Shown here piece after piece: positions 13,701-25,823 of a DNA stretch of 64,000 nucleotides. Source of the stretch: the human T2T-CHM13v2.0 reference genome, Homo sapiens; assembly GCF_009914755.1 (NCBI RefSeq), contig NC_060941.1; one strand, 5' to 3'. The notes below the pieces were generated by a model, which was not told where the DNA came from, searched no databases, and saw nothing but the letters and a program-made list of their open reading frames with translations. Position 1 is the stretch's first letter, and each line of letters opens with the position of its first letter. The translations under genes and the position numbers were made by a program.

Positions 13701-16700
13701 CAGAATTGAACCTTCCTTTGAAAGTTCAGGTTGGAAACACTCTTTTTGCAGGATCTACAAGTGGATATTCGGACCACTCTGTGGACTTCGTTCGAAACGG
13801 GTATATCTTCACATAACATCTAGACAGAAGCATTCTCAGAAACTTTTCTGTGATGACTGCATTCAACTCACAGAGTTGAACACTCCTTTTGAGAGCGCAG
13901 TTTTGAAACTCTCTTTCTCTGGAATCTGCAAGGGGACATGCAGACCTCTTTGAAGGTTTCGTTGGAAACGGAATCATCTTCACATAAAAATTACACAGAA
14001 GCATTCTCAGGAACTCCTTGGGGATGTTTGTATTCAACTTCCAGAGTTGAACTTTCCTTCGGAAAGAGCAGCTATGAAACACTCTTTTTCTAGAATCTGC
14101 AAGTGGACATTGGGAGGGCTGTGAGGTTTGTGGTGGAAAAGGAAATATCTCCACATAAATACTAGATAGAAGCCTTCTCAGAAACTACTTTGTGATGATT
14201 GCATTCACCTCACGGAGTGGAGCATTCCTATTGACAGAGCAGTTTGGAAACACTCTTCTTGTAGAATCGGCTAGTGGAGATTTGGAGCGCTTTGAGGCCT
14301 ATGGTAGTAAAGGGAAGAGCTTCACATAAAATCTAGACAGAAGCATTCTCAGAAAATACTTTGTGATGATTGAGTTTAACACACATAGCTGAACATTCCT
14401 TTGGATGGAGAAGGTTTGAAACACACTTTCTGTAGAATCTGCGAGTGGATATTTGGACCTCTCTGAGGATTTCGTTGGAAACGGCATAACTGCACCTAAC
14501 TAAACGGAAGCATTCTCACAAAATTCTTTGTGATGTTTGCATTCAAATCCCAGAGTTGAACCTTCCTTTGATAGTTCAGCTTTGAAACACTCTTTTTGTA
14601 GGATCTGCAAGTGGATATTTGGACCACTCTTTGGCCTTCGTTCGAAACGGGTACATATTCAAATAAAATCTAGACCGAAGCCTTCTCAGAAACTTCTCTG
14701 TGACGATTGCATTCAACTCAAAGCGTTGAACCCTCCTATGGATAGAGCAGTTTTGAATCTCTCTTTTTGTGGAATCTGCAAGTGGATATGTGGTCCTCTT
14801 TGAAGATGTCTTTGGAAACGGGAATATCTTCACATAAAAACTAAACAGAAGCATTCTCAGAAACTTCTCTGTGATGTTTGTGTTCAACTCACAGAGTTTC
14901 ACGTTGCTTTTCATAGAGCAGATGAGAAACATGCTTTTCGTAGGGTCTGCAAGTGGACATTTGGAGAGCTTTCAGGCCTGTGGTGGAAAACTAATTATCG
15001 TCACGTAAAAACTAGAGAGAAGCATTGTCAGAAACTTGTTTGTGATGACTGCATTCAACTCACAGAGTTGAAGGTTCCTTTTCAAACAGCAGTTTCCAAA
15101 CACTCTTTCTGTGGCATCTGCAGTGGATGTTTGGGCCTCTTTGAAGATTTCGTTGGAAACGGGATAATCTTCACAGAAAAGCTAAACAGAAGCATTCTCA
15201 GAAACTTCTTTGTGATGTTTGCTTTCAACTCACAGAGTTGAACTTTCCTTTTGAGAGAGAAGCTTTGAAACACTCTTTTTCTAGAATCTGCAAGTGGATA
15301 TTTGGAGGGCTTTGAGGCCTGAGGTGGAAAAGGAATTATCTTCCCGTAAGAACTAGGTAGATGCATTCTCAGAAACTACTTTGTGACGATTGCATTCAAG
15401 TCACAGAGGTGAACATTCCCTTTCAGAGAGCACTTTGGAAACTCTCGTTGTGTAGAATCTGCAAGTGGAGATATGGACCGCTTTGAGGCCTATGGTAGTA
15501 AAGGAAACAGCTTCATATAAAAACTAGACAGCAGCATTCTCAGAAAACTCTTTGTGACGACTGAGTTTAACTCACAGGGCTGAACATTCCTTTGGATGGA
15601 GCAGTTTGGAAACACACTATCTGTAGGATCTGCAAGCGGATACTTGGGCCTCTCTGAGGATTGCGTTGGAAACGGGATAAACCGCACAGAACGAAACAGA
15701 AGCATTCTCAGAACCTTCTTCGTGATGTTTGCAATCAACCCACAGTGTTGAACCTTTCTTTGATAGTTCAGGTTTGAAACACTCTTTTTGTAGAAACTGC
15801 AAGTGGATAACTGCACTTCTTTGAGGCCTATCGTAGTAAAGGAAATAACTTCCTATAAAAACAAGACAGAAGCTTTCTCCGAAAATTCTCTGGGATGATT
15901 GAGTAGAACTCACAGAGCACTACTTTCCTTGGGATGGAGTAGTTTCGAAACACACTTTCTGTAGAATCTGCAAGTGGATATTTGGACCTGTCTGAGGAAT
16001 TCGTTGCAAACGGGATAATTTCAGCTAAGTAAACAGAAGCAGTCTCAGAATCTTCTTGTGATGTTTGCATTCAAATCCCAGAATTGAACCTTCCTTTGAA
16101 AGTTCAGGTTGGAAACACTCTTTTTGCAGGATCTACAAGTGGATATTCGGACCACTCTGTGGACTTTGTTCGAAACGGGTATATCTTCACATAACATCTA
16201 GACAGAAGCATTCTCAGAAACTTTTCTGTGATGACTGCATTCAACTCACAGAGTTGAACACTCCTTTTGAGAGCGCAGATTTGAAACTCTCTTTCTCTGG
16301 AATCTGCAAGGGGACATGCAGACCTCTTTGAAGTTTTCGTTGGAAACGGAATCATCTTCACATAAAAATTACACAGAAGCATTCTCAGGAACTCCTTGGT
16401 GATGTTTGTATTCAACTTCCAGAGTTGAACTTTCCTTCGGAAAGAGCAGCTATGAAACACTCTTTTTCTAGAATCTGCAAGTGGACATTGGGAGGGCTGT
16501 GAGGTTTGTGGTGGAAAAGGAAATATCTCCACATAAATACTAGATAGAAGCCTTCTCAGAAACTACTTTGTGATGATTGCATTCACCTCACGGAGTGGAG
16601 CATTCCTATTGACAGAGCAGTTTGGAAACACTCTTCTCGTGGAATCGGCTAGTGGAGATTTGGAGCGCTTTGAGGCCTATGGTAGTAAAGGGAAGAGCTT

Positions 16701-19700
16701 CACATACAATCTAGACAGAAGCATTCTCAGAAAATACTTTGTGATGATTGAGTTTAACACACAGAGCTGAACATTCCTTTGGATGGAGAAGGTTTGAAAC
16801 ACACTTTCTGTAGAATCTGCGAGTGGATATTTGGACCTCTCTGAGGATTTCGTTGGAAACGGGATAACTGCACCTAACTAAACGGAAGCATTCTCACAAA
16901 ATTCTTTGTGATGTTTGCATTCAAATCCCAGAGTTGATCCTTCCTTTGATAGTTCAGCTTTGAAACACTCTTTTTGTAGGATCTGCAAGTGGATATTTGG
17001 ACCACTCTTTGGCCTTCGTTCGAAACGGGTACATATTCAAATAAAATCTAGACAGAAGCCTTCTCAGAAACTTCTCTGTGACGATTGCATTCAACTCAAA
17101 GCGTTGAACCCTCCTAAGGATAGAGCAGTTTTGAATCTCTCTTTTTGTGGAATCTGCAAGTGGATATGTGGTCCTCTTTGAAGATGTCTTTGGAAACGGG
17201 AATATCTTCATATTAAAACTAAACAGAAGCATTCTCAGAAACTTCTCTGTGATGTTTGTGTTCAACTCACAGAGTTTCACGTTGCTTTTCATAGAGCAGA
17301 TGAGAAACATGCTTTTCGTAGGGTCTGCAAGTGGACATTTGGAGAGCTTTCAGGCCTGTGGTGGAAAACGAATTATCGTCACGTAAAAACTAGAGAGAAG
17401 CATTGTCAGAAACTTGTTTGTGATGACTGCATTCAACTCACAGAGTTGAAGGTTCCTTTTCAAACAGCAGTTTCCAAACACTCTTTCTGTGGCATCTGCA
17501 AGTGGATGTTTGGGCCTCTTTGAAGATTTCGTTGGAAACGGGATAATCTTCACAGAAAAGCTAAACAGAAGCATTCTAAGAAACTTCTTTGTGATGTATG
17601 CTTTCAACTCACAGAGTTGAACTTTCCTTTTGAGAGAGTAGCTTTGAAACACTCTTTTTCTAGAATCTGCAAGTGGATATTTGGAGGGCTTTGAGGCTTT
17701 AGGTGGAAAAGGAATTATCTTCCCGTAAGGACTAGATAGATGCATTCTCAGAAACTACTTTGTGACGATTGCATTCAAGTCACAGAGGTGAACATTCCCT
17801 TTCAGAGAGCACTTTGGAAACTCTCGTTGTGTAGAATCTGCAAGTGGAGATATGGACCGCTTTGAGGCCTATGGTAGTAAAGGAAACAGCTTCATATAAA
17901 AACTAGACAGCAGCATTCTCAGAAAACTCTTTGTGACGACTGAGTTTAACTCACAGGGCTGAACATTCCTTTGGATGGAGCAGTTTGGAAACACACTATA
18001 TGTAGGATCTGCAAGCGGATACTTGGGCCTCTCTGAGGATTGCGTTGGAAACGGGATAAACCGCACAGAACTAAACAGAAGCATTCTCAGAACCTTCTTC
18101 GTGATGTTTGCATTCAACCCACAGTGTTGAACCTTTCTTTGATAGTTCAGGTTTGAAACACTCTTTTTGTAGAAACTGCAAGTGGATAACTACACTTCTT
18201 TGAGGCCTATCGTAGTAAAGGAAATAACTTCCTATAAAAACAAGACAGAAGCTTTCTCAGAAAATTCTCTGGGATGATTGACTTGAACTCACAGAGCAGT
18301 ACTTTCCTTGGGATGGAGTAGTTTCGAAACACACTTTCTGTAGAATCTGCAAGTGGATATTTGGACCTGTCTGAGGAATTCGTTGCAAACGGGATAATTT
18401 CAGCTAAGTAAACAGAAGCAGTCTCAGAATCTTCTTGTGATGTTTGCATTGAAATCCCAGAATTGAACCTTCCTTTGAAAGTTCAGGTTGGAAACACTCT
18501 TTTTGCAGGATCTACAAGTGGATATTCGGACCACTCTGTGGACTTCGTTCGAAACGGGTATATCTTCACATAACATCTAGACAGAAGCATTCTCAGAAAC
18601 TTTTCTGTGATGACTGCATTCAACTCACAGAGTTGAACACTCCTTTTGAGAGCGCAGTTTTGAAACTCTCTTTCTCTGGAATCTGCAAGGGGACATGCAG
18701 ACCTCTTTGAAGTTTTCGTTGGAAACGGAATCATCTTCACATAAAAATTACACAGAAGCATTCTCAGGAACTCCTTGGTGATGTTTGTATTCAACTTCCA
18801 GAGTTGAACTTTCCTTCGGAAAGAGCAGCTATGAAACACTCTTTTTCTAGAATCTGCAAGTGGACATTGGGAGGGCTGTGAGGTTTGTGGTGGAAAAGGA
18901 AATATCTCCACATAAATACTAGATAGAAGCCTTCTCAGAAACTACTTTGTGATGATTGCATTCACCTCACGGAGTGGAGCATTCCTATTGACAGAGCAGT
19001 TTGGAAACACTCTTCTCGTAGAATCGGCTAGTGGAGATTTGGAGCGCTTTGAGGCCTATGGTAGTAAAGGGAAGAGCTTCACATAAAATCTAGACAGACG
19101 CATTCTCAGAAAATACTTTGTGATGATTGAGTTTAACACACAGAGCTGAACATTCCTTTGGATGGAGAAGGTGTGAAACACACTTTCTGTAGAATCTGCG
19201 AGTGGATATTTGGACCTCTCTGAGGATTTCGTTGGAAACGGGATAACTGCACCTAACTAAACGGAAGCATTCTCACAAAATTCTTTGTGATGTTTGCATT
19301 CAAATCCCAGAGTTGAACCTTCCTTTGATAGTTCAGCTTTGAAACACTCTTTTTGTAGGATCTGCAAGTGGATATTTGGACCACTCTTTGGCCTTCGTTC
19401 GAAACGGGTACATCTTCAAATAAAATCTAGACAGAAGCCTTCTCAGAAACTTCTCTGTGATGATTGCATTCAACTCAAAGCGTTGAACCCTCCTATGGAT
19501 AGAGCAGTTTTGAATCTCTCTTTTTGTGGAATCTGCAAGTGGATATGTGGTCCTCTTTGAAGATGTCTTTGGAAACGGGAATATCTTCATATTAAATCTA
19601 AACAGAAGCATTCTCAGAAACTTCTCTGTGATGTTTGTGTTCAACTCACAGAGTTTCACGTTGCTTTTCATAGAGCAGATGAGAAACATGCTTTTCGTAG

Positions 19701-21479
19701 GGTCTGCAAGTGGACATTTGGAGAGCTTTCAGGCCTGTGGTGGAAAACGAATTATCGTCACGTAAAAACTAGAGAGAAGCATTGTCAGAAACTTGTTTGT
19801 GATGACTGCATTCAACTCACAGAGTTGAAGGTTCCTTTTCAAACAGCAGTTTCCAAACACTCTTTCTGTGGCATCTGCAAGTGGATGTTTGGGCCTCTTT
19901 GAAGATTTCGTTGGAAACGGGATAATCTTCACAGAAAAGCTAAACAGAAGCATTCTCAGAAACTTCTTTGTGATGTTTGCTTTCAACTCACAGAGTTGAA
20001 CTTTCCTTTTGAGAGAGAAGCTTTGAAACACTCTTTTTCTAGAATCTGCAAGTGGATATTTGGAGGGCTTTGAGGCCTGAGGTGGAAAAGGAATTATCTT
20101 CCCGTAAGAACTAGATAGATGCATTCTCAGAAACTACTTTGTGACGATTGCATTCAAGTCACAGAGGTGAACATTCCCTTTCAGAGAGCACTTTGGAAAC
20201 TCTCGTTGTGTAGAATCTGCAAGTGGAGATATGGACCGCTTTGAGGCCTATGGTAGTAAAGGAAACAGCTTCATATAAAAACTAGACAGCAGCATTCTCA
20301 GAAAACTCTTTGTGACGACTGAGTTTAACTCACAGGGCTGAACATTCCTTTGGATGGAGCAGTTTGGAAACACACTATCTGTAGGATCTGCAAGCGGATA
20401 CTTGGGCCTCTCTGAGGATTGCGTTGGAAACGGGATAAACCGCACAGAACGAAACAGAAGCATTCTCAGAACCTTCTTCGTGATGGTTGCATTCAACCCA
20501 CAGTGTTGAACCTTTCTTTGATAGTTCAGGTTTGAAACACTCTTTTTGTAGAAACTGCAAGTGGATAACTGCACTTCTTTGAGGCCTATCGTAGTAAAGG
20601 AAATAACTTCCTATAAAAACAAGACAGAAGCTTTCTCAGAAAATTCTCTGGGATGATTGAGTTGAACTCACAGAGCACTACTTTCCTTGGGATGGAGTAG
20701 TTTCGAAACACACTTTCTGTAGAATCTGCAAGTGGATATTTGGACCTGTCTGAGGAATTCGTTGCAAACGGGATAATTTCAGCTAAGTAAACAGAAGCAG
20801 TCTCAGAATCTTCTTGTGATGTTTGCATTCAAATCCCAGAATTCAACCTTCCTTTGAAAGTTCAGGTTGGAAACACTCTTTTTGCAGGATCTACAAGTGG
20901 ATATTCGGACCACTCTGTGGACTTCGTTCGAAACGGGTATATCTTCACATAACATCTAGACAGAAGCATTCTCAGAAACTTTTCTGTGATGACTGCATTC
21001 AACTCACAGAGTTGAACACTCCTTTTGAGAGCGCAGTTTTGAAACTCTCTTTCTCTGGAATCTGCAAGGGGACATCCAGACCTCTTTGAAGGTTTCGTTG
21101 GAAACAGAATCATCTTCACATAAAAATTACACAGAAGCATTCTCAGGAACTCCTTGGTCATGTTTGTATTCAACTTCCAGAGTTGAACTTTCCTTCGGAA
21201 AAAGCAGCTATGAAACACTCTTTTTCTAGAATCTGCAAGTGGACATTGGGAGGGCTGTGAGGTTTGTGGTGGAAAAGGAAATATCTCCACATAAATACTA
21301 GATAGAAGCCTTCTCAGAAACTACTTTGTGATGATTGCATTCACCTCACGGAGTGGAGCATTCCTATTGACAGAGCAGTTTGGAAACACTCTTGTTGTAG
21401 AATCACCTAGTGGAGGTTTGGAGCGCTTTGAGGCCTATTGTAGTAAAGGGAAGAGCTTCACATAAAATCTAGACAGAAG

Positions 21480-24027
21480 CATTCTCAGAAAATACTTTGT
21501 GATGATTGAGTTTAACACACAGAGCTGAACATTCCTTTGGATGGAGAAGGTTTGAAACACACTTTCTGTAGAATCTGCGGGTGGATATTTGGACTGCTCT
21601 GAGGATTTCGTTGGAAACGGGATAACTGCACCTAACTAAACGGAAGCATTCTCACAAAATTCTTTGTGATGTTTGCATTCAAATCCCAGAGTTGAACCTT
21701 CCTTTGATAGTTCAGCTTTGAAACACTCTTTTTGTAGGATCTGCAGGTGGATATTTGGACCACTCTTTGGCCTTCCTTCGAAATGGGTACATCTTCAACT
21801 AAAATCTAGACAGAAGCCTTCTCAGAAACTTCTCTGTGACGATTGCATTCAACTCAAAGCGTTGAACCCTCCTATGGATAGAGCAGTTTTGAATCTCTCT
21901 TTTTGTGGAATCTGCAAGTGGATATGTGGTCCTCTTTGAAGATGTCTTTGGAAACGGGAATATCTTCACATAAAAACTAAACAGAAGCATTCTCAGAAAC
22001 TTCTCTGTGATGTTTGTGTTCAACTCACAGAGTTTCACGTTGCTTTTCATAGAGCAGATGAGAAACATGCTTTTCGCAGGGTCTGCAAGTGGAGATTTGG
22101 AGAGATTTCAGGCCTGTGGTGGAAAACGAATTATCGTCACGTAAAAACTAGAGAGAAGCATTGTCAGAAACTTGTTTGTGATGACTGCATTCAACTCACA
22201 GAGTTGAAGGTTCCTTTTCAAACAGCAGTTTCCAAACACTCTTTCTGTGGCATCTGCAAGTGGATGTTTGGGCCTCTTTGAAGTTTTCCTTGGAAACGGG
22301 ATAATCTTCACAGAAAAGCTAAACAGAAGCATTCTCAGAAACTTCTTTGTGATGTTTGCTTTCAACTCACAGAGTTGAACTTTCCTTTTGAGAGAGAAGC
22401 TTTGAAACACTCTTTTTCCAGAATCTGCAAGTGGACATTTTGAGGGCTTTGAGGCCTGTGGTGGAAAAGGAATTATCTTCCCGTAAAAGCTAGATAGAAG
22501 CATTCTCAGAAACTACTTTGTGATGATTGCATTCAAGTCACAGAGCTGAACATTCCCTTTGACAGAGCAGTTTGGAAACTCTCTTTGTGTAGAATCTGCA
22601 AGTGGAGATATGGAAGGCTTTGAGGACTATGGTAGTAAAGGAAATAGCTTCATATAAAAGCTAGACCTTAGCATTCACAGAAAACTCTTGGTGACGACTG
22701 AGTTTAACACACAGAGCTGAACATTCCTTTGGATGGAGCAGTTTCTAAACACACTATTTGTAGGATCGGCAAGTGGATATGTGGGCCTCTCTGAGGATTT
22801 CGTTGGAAACGGGATAAACCGCACAGAACTAAAACAGAAGCATTCTCAGAACCCTCTTCGTGATGTTTGCATTCAACTCACAGTGCTGAACCTTTCTTTG
22901 ATAGTTCAGCTTTGAAACACTCTTCTTGTAGAAACTGCAAGTGGATATTTGGTCCTCTCTGAGGATTTCGTTGGAAACGGGATAAACCGCACAGAACTAA
23001 ACAGAAGCATTCTCAGAACCTTCTTCGTGATGTCTGCATTCAACTCACAGTGTGGAGCCTTTCTTTGATAGTTCAGGTTTGAAACACTCTTTTTGTAGAA
23101 ACTGCAAGGGGATAATTGCACTTCTTTGAGGCCTACCGTAGTAAAGGAAATAACTTCCTATAGAAAGAAGACAGAAGCTTTCTCAGAAAATTCTTTGGGA
23201 TGATTGAGTGGAACTCACAGAGCTGAACATTCCTTGCGATGTAGCAGTTTAGAAACACACTTTCTGCAGAATCTGCAAGTGCATATTTGGACCTCTCTGA
23301 GGAATTCGTTGGAAACGGGATAATTTCAGCTGACTAAACAGAAGCAGTCTCAGAATCTTCTTTGTGATGTTTGCATTCAAATCCCAGAGTTGAACTTTCC
23401 TTTCAAAGTTCACGTTTGAAACACTCTTTTTGCAGGATCTACAAGTGGATATTTGGACCACTCTGTGTCCTTCGTTCGAAACGGGTATATCTTCACATGA
23501 CATCTAGACAGAAGCATTCTCAGAAGCTTCTCTGTGATGACTGCATTCAACTCACGGAGTTGAACACTCCTTTTGAGAGCGCAGTTTTGAAACTCTCTTT
23601 CTGTGGCATCTGCAAGGGGACATGTAGACCTCTTTGAAGATTTCGTTGGAAACGGAATCATCTTCACATAAAAACTATACAGATGCATTCTCAGGAACTT
23701 TTTGGTGATGTTTGTATTCAACTCCCAGAGTTGAACTTTCCTTTGGAAAGAGCAGCTATGAAACACTCTTTTTCTAGAATCTGCAAGTGGACGTTTGGAG
23801 GGCTTTGTGGTTTGTGGTGGAAAAGGAAATATCTTCACCTAAATACTAGATAGAAGCATTCTCAGAAACTGCTTTGTGATGATTGCATTCACCTCACAGA
23901 GTTGAACATTCCTATTGATAGAGCAGTTTGGAAACACTCTTGTTGTGGAATGTGCAAGTGGAGATTTGGAGCGCTTTGAGGCCTATGGTAGTAAAGGGAA
24001 TAGCTTCATAGAAAAACTAGACAGAAG
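21480..24027 (+). repeat. Chimeric 15-mer HOR (2548 bp): first ~5.5 monomers 14-mer type, remainder D17Z1 type with 2 copies of the amplified unit
   Basis: Period 24028-21480 = 2548. GGGATAAACCGCACAGAACT occurs twice (boxes at 22798 and 22966). Diagnostic alleles switch at ~22.4 kb. Confidence 0.88.
22390..22418. other. In-register junction between the 14-mer and 16-mer-family arrays
   Basis: The last 14-mer-type allele before the switch is T22389 (TTTCCTTTTG vs TTTCCTTTCG). The first 16-mer-type allele is C22419 (TTTTTCCAGA vs TTTTTCTAGA), followed by GGACATTT, GGCCTGTGG and GTAAAAGCTAGATAGAAG. The intervening bases are identical in both arrays. Confidence 0.8.
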
Positions 24028-24153
24028 CATTCTCAGAAAATACTTTGTGATGATTGAGTTTAACTCACAGAGCTGAACATTCCTTTGGATGGAGCAGGTT
24101 TGAGACACACTTTTTGTAGAATCTACAAGTGGATATTTGGACCTCTCTGAGGA

Positions 24154-24170
24154 TTTCGTTGGAAACGCGA
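24154..24170 (+). promoter_or_regulatory. Degenerate CENP-B box (16-mer, counterpart of 14-mer monomer 1)
   Basis: TTTCGTTGGAAACGCGA: CGGG>CGCG in every D17Z1-type copy in the window. Confidence 0.85.
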
Positions 24171-25315
24171 TAACTGCACCTAACTAAACGGAAGCATTCT
24201 CAGAAACTTCTTGGTGATGTTTGCATTCAAATCCCAGAGTTGAACCTTCCTGTGATAGTTCAGGTTTGAATCACTCTTTTTGTAGGATCTGCAAGTGGAT
24301 ATTTGGACCACTCTGTGGCCTTCGTTCGAAACGGGTACATCTTCACATAAAATCTAGACAGAAGCCTTCTCAGAAACTTCTCTGTGATGATTGCATTCAA
24401 CTCACAGATTTGAACCCTCCTATGGATAGAGCATTGTTGAAACTCTCTTTTTGTGGAATCTGCAAGTGGATATGTGGACCTCTCCGAAGATGTCTTTGGA
24501 AACGGGAATATCTTCACATAAAAACTAAACAGAAGCATTCTCAGAAACTTCTCTGTGATGTTTGTGTTCAACTCCCAGAGTTTCACATTGCTTTTCATAG
24601 AGTAGTTCTGAAACATGCTTTTCGTAGTGTCTGCAAGTGGACATTTGGAGCGCTTTCAGGCCTGTGGTGGAAAACGAATTATGGTCCCATAAAAACTGGA
24701 GAGAAGCATTGTCAGAAACTTCTTTGTGATGATTGCATTCAACTCACAGAGATGAAGGTTCCTTTACAAACAGCAGTTTCCAAACACTCTTTCTGTGGAA
24801 TCTGCAAGTGGATATTTGGACCTCTTTGAAGATTTCGTTGGAAACGGGAGAATCTTCACAGAAAAGCTAAACAGAAGCATTCTCAGAAACTTCTTTGTGA
24901 TGCTTGCATTCAACTCACAGAGTTGAACTTTCCTTTCGAGAGAGAAGCTTTGAAACACTCTTTTTCCAGAATCTGCAAGTGGACATTTGGAGGGCTTTGA
25001 GGCCTGTGGTGGAAAAGGAATTAACTTCCCGTAAAAGCTAGATAGAAGCATTCTCAGAAACTACTTTGTGATGATTGCATTCAAGTCACAGAGTTGAACA
25101 TTCCCTTTGACAGAGCAGTTTGGAAACTCTCTTTGTGTAGAATCTGCAAGTGGAGATATGGACCGCTTTGAGGCCTATGGTAGTAAAGGAAATAGCTTCA
25201 TATAAAAGCTAGACAGTAGCATTCACAGAAAACTCTTGGTGACGACTGAGTTTAACTCACAGAGCTGAACATTCCTTTGGATGGAGCAGTTTCGAAACAC
25301 ACTATTTGTAGAATG

Positions 25316-25823
25316 TGCAAGTGGATATTTGGGCCTCTCTGAGGATTTCGTTGGAAACGGGATAAACCGCACAGAACTAAACAGAAGCATTCTCAGAACC
25401 TTCTTCGTGATGTTTGCATTCAACTCACAGTGTTGAACCTTTCTTTGATAGTTCAGGTTTGAAACGGTCTTTCTGTAGAAACTGCAAGTAGATATTTGGA
25501 CCTCTCTGAGGATTTCGTTGGAAACGGGATAAACCGCACAGAACTAAAACAGAAGCATTCTCAGAACCCTCTTCGTGATGTTTGCATTCAACTCACAGTG
25601 CTGAACCTTTCTTTGATAGTTCAGCTTTGAAACACTCTTCTTGTAGAAACTGCAAGTGGATATTTGGTCCTCTCTGAGGATTTCGTTGGAAACGGGATAA
25701 ACCGCACAGAACTAAACAGAAGCATTCTCAGAACCTTCTTCGTGATGTCTGCATTCAACTCACAGTGTGGAACCTTTCTTTGATAGTTCAGGTTTGAAAC
25801 ACTCTTTTTGTAGAAACTGCAAG
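25316..25823 (+). repeat. Internal tandem triplication of a 167/168-bp unit within the 16-mer (representative copy)
   Basis: GAGGATTTCGTTGGAAACGGGATAAACCGCACAGAACTAAA(A)CAGAAGCATTCTCAGAACC recurs at spacings of 167 and 168 bp. Lengths add up: 2380+168=2548 and 2380+335=2715. Confidence 0.9.
25346..25697 (+). promoter_or_regulatory. Cluster of three perfect CENP-B boxes in consecutive monomers (25346, 25513, 25681); recurs in each 16-mer
   Basis: Three exact TTTCGTTGGAAACGGGA matches, 167 and 168 bp apart. Confidence 0.93.

Larger units (their letters stand above)
1..22400 (+). repeat. D17Z1-B: 14-mer HOR array, 2378/2379 bp period, about 9.4 copies; most likely chr17 D17Z1-B (S3C17H1-B)
   Basis: HOR starts at 74, 2452, 4830, 7209, 9588, 11966, 14344, 16722, 19101, 21480, with 14 monomers per period. 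One conserved EcoRI site per unit (1727, 4105, 6484, 8863, 11241, 13619, 15997, 18376, 20755). Colinear with, but diverged from, the adjacent 16-mer. The name is inferred from 14-mer size and direct adjacency to D17Z1; the sister 14-mer D17Z1-C cannot be excluded without alignment. Confidence 0.85.

Noticed and set aside
1-22400. Assignment of the left array to DXZ1, D11Z1 or D1Z7-type HORs
   Set aside because: The period is 14 monomers and colinear with the adjacent 16-mer, unlike the 12-mer DXZ1, 5-mer D11Z1 or dimer-based arrays.
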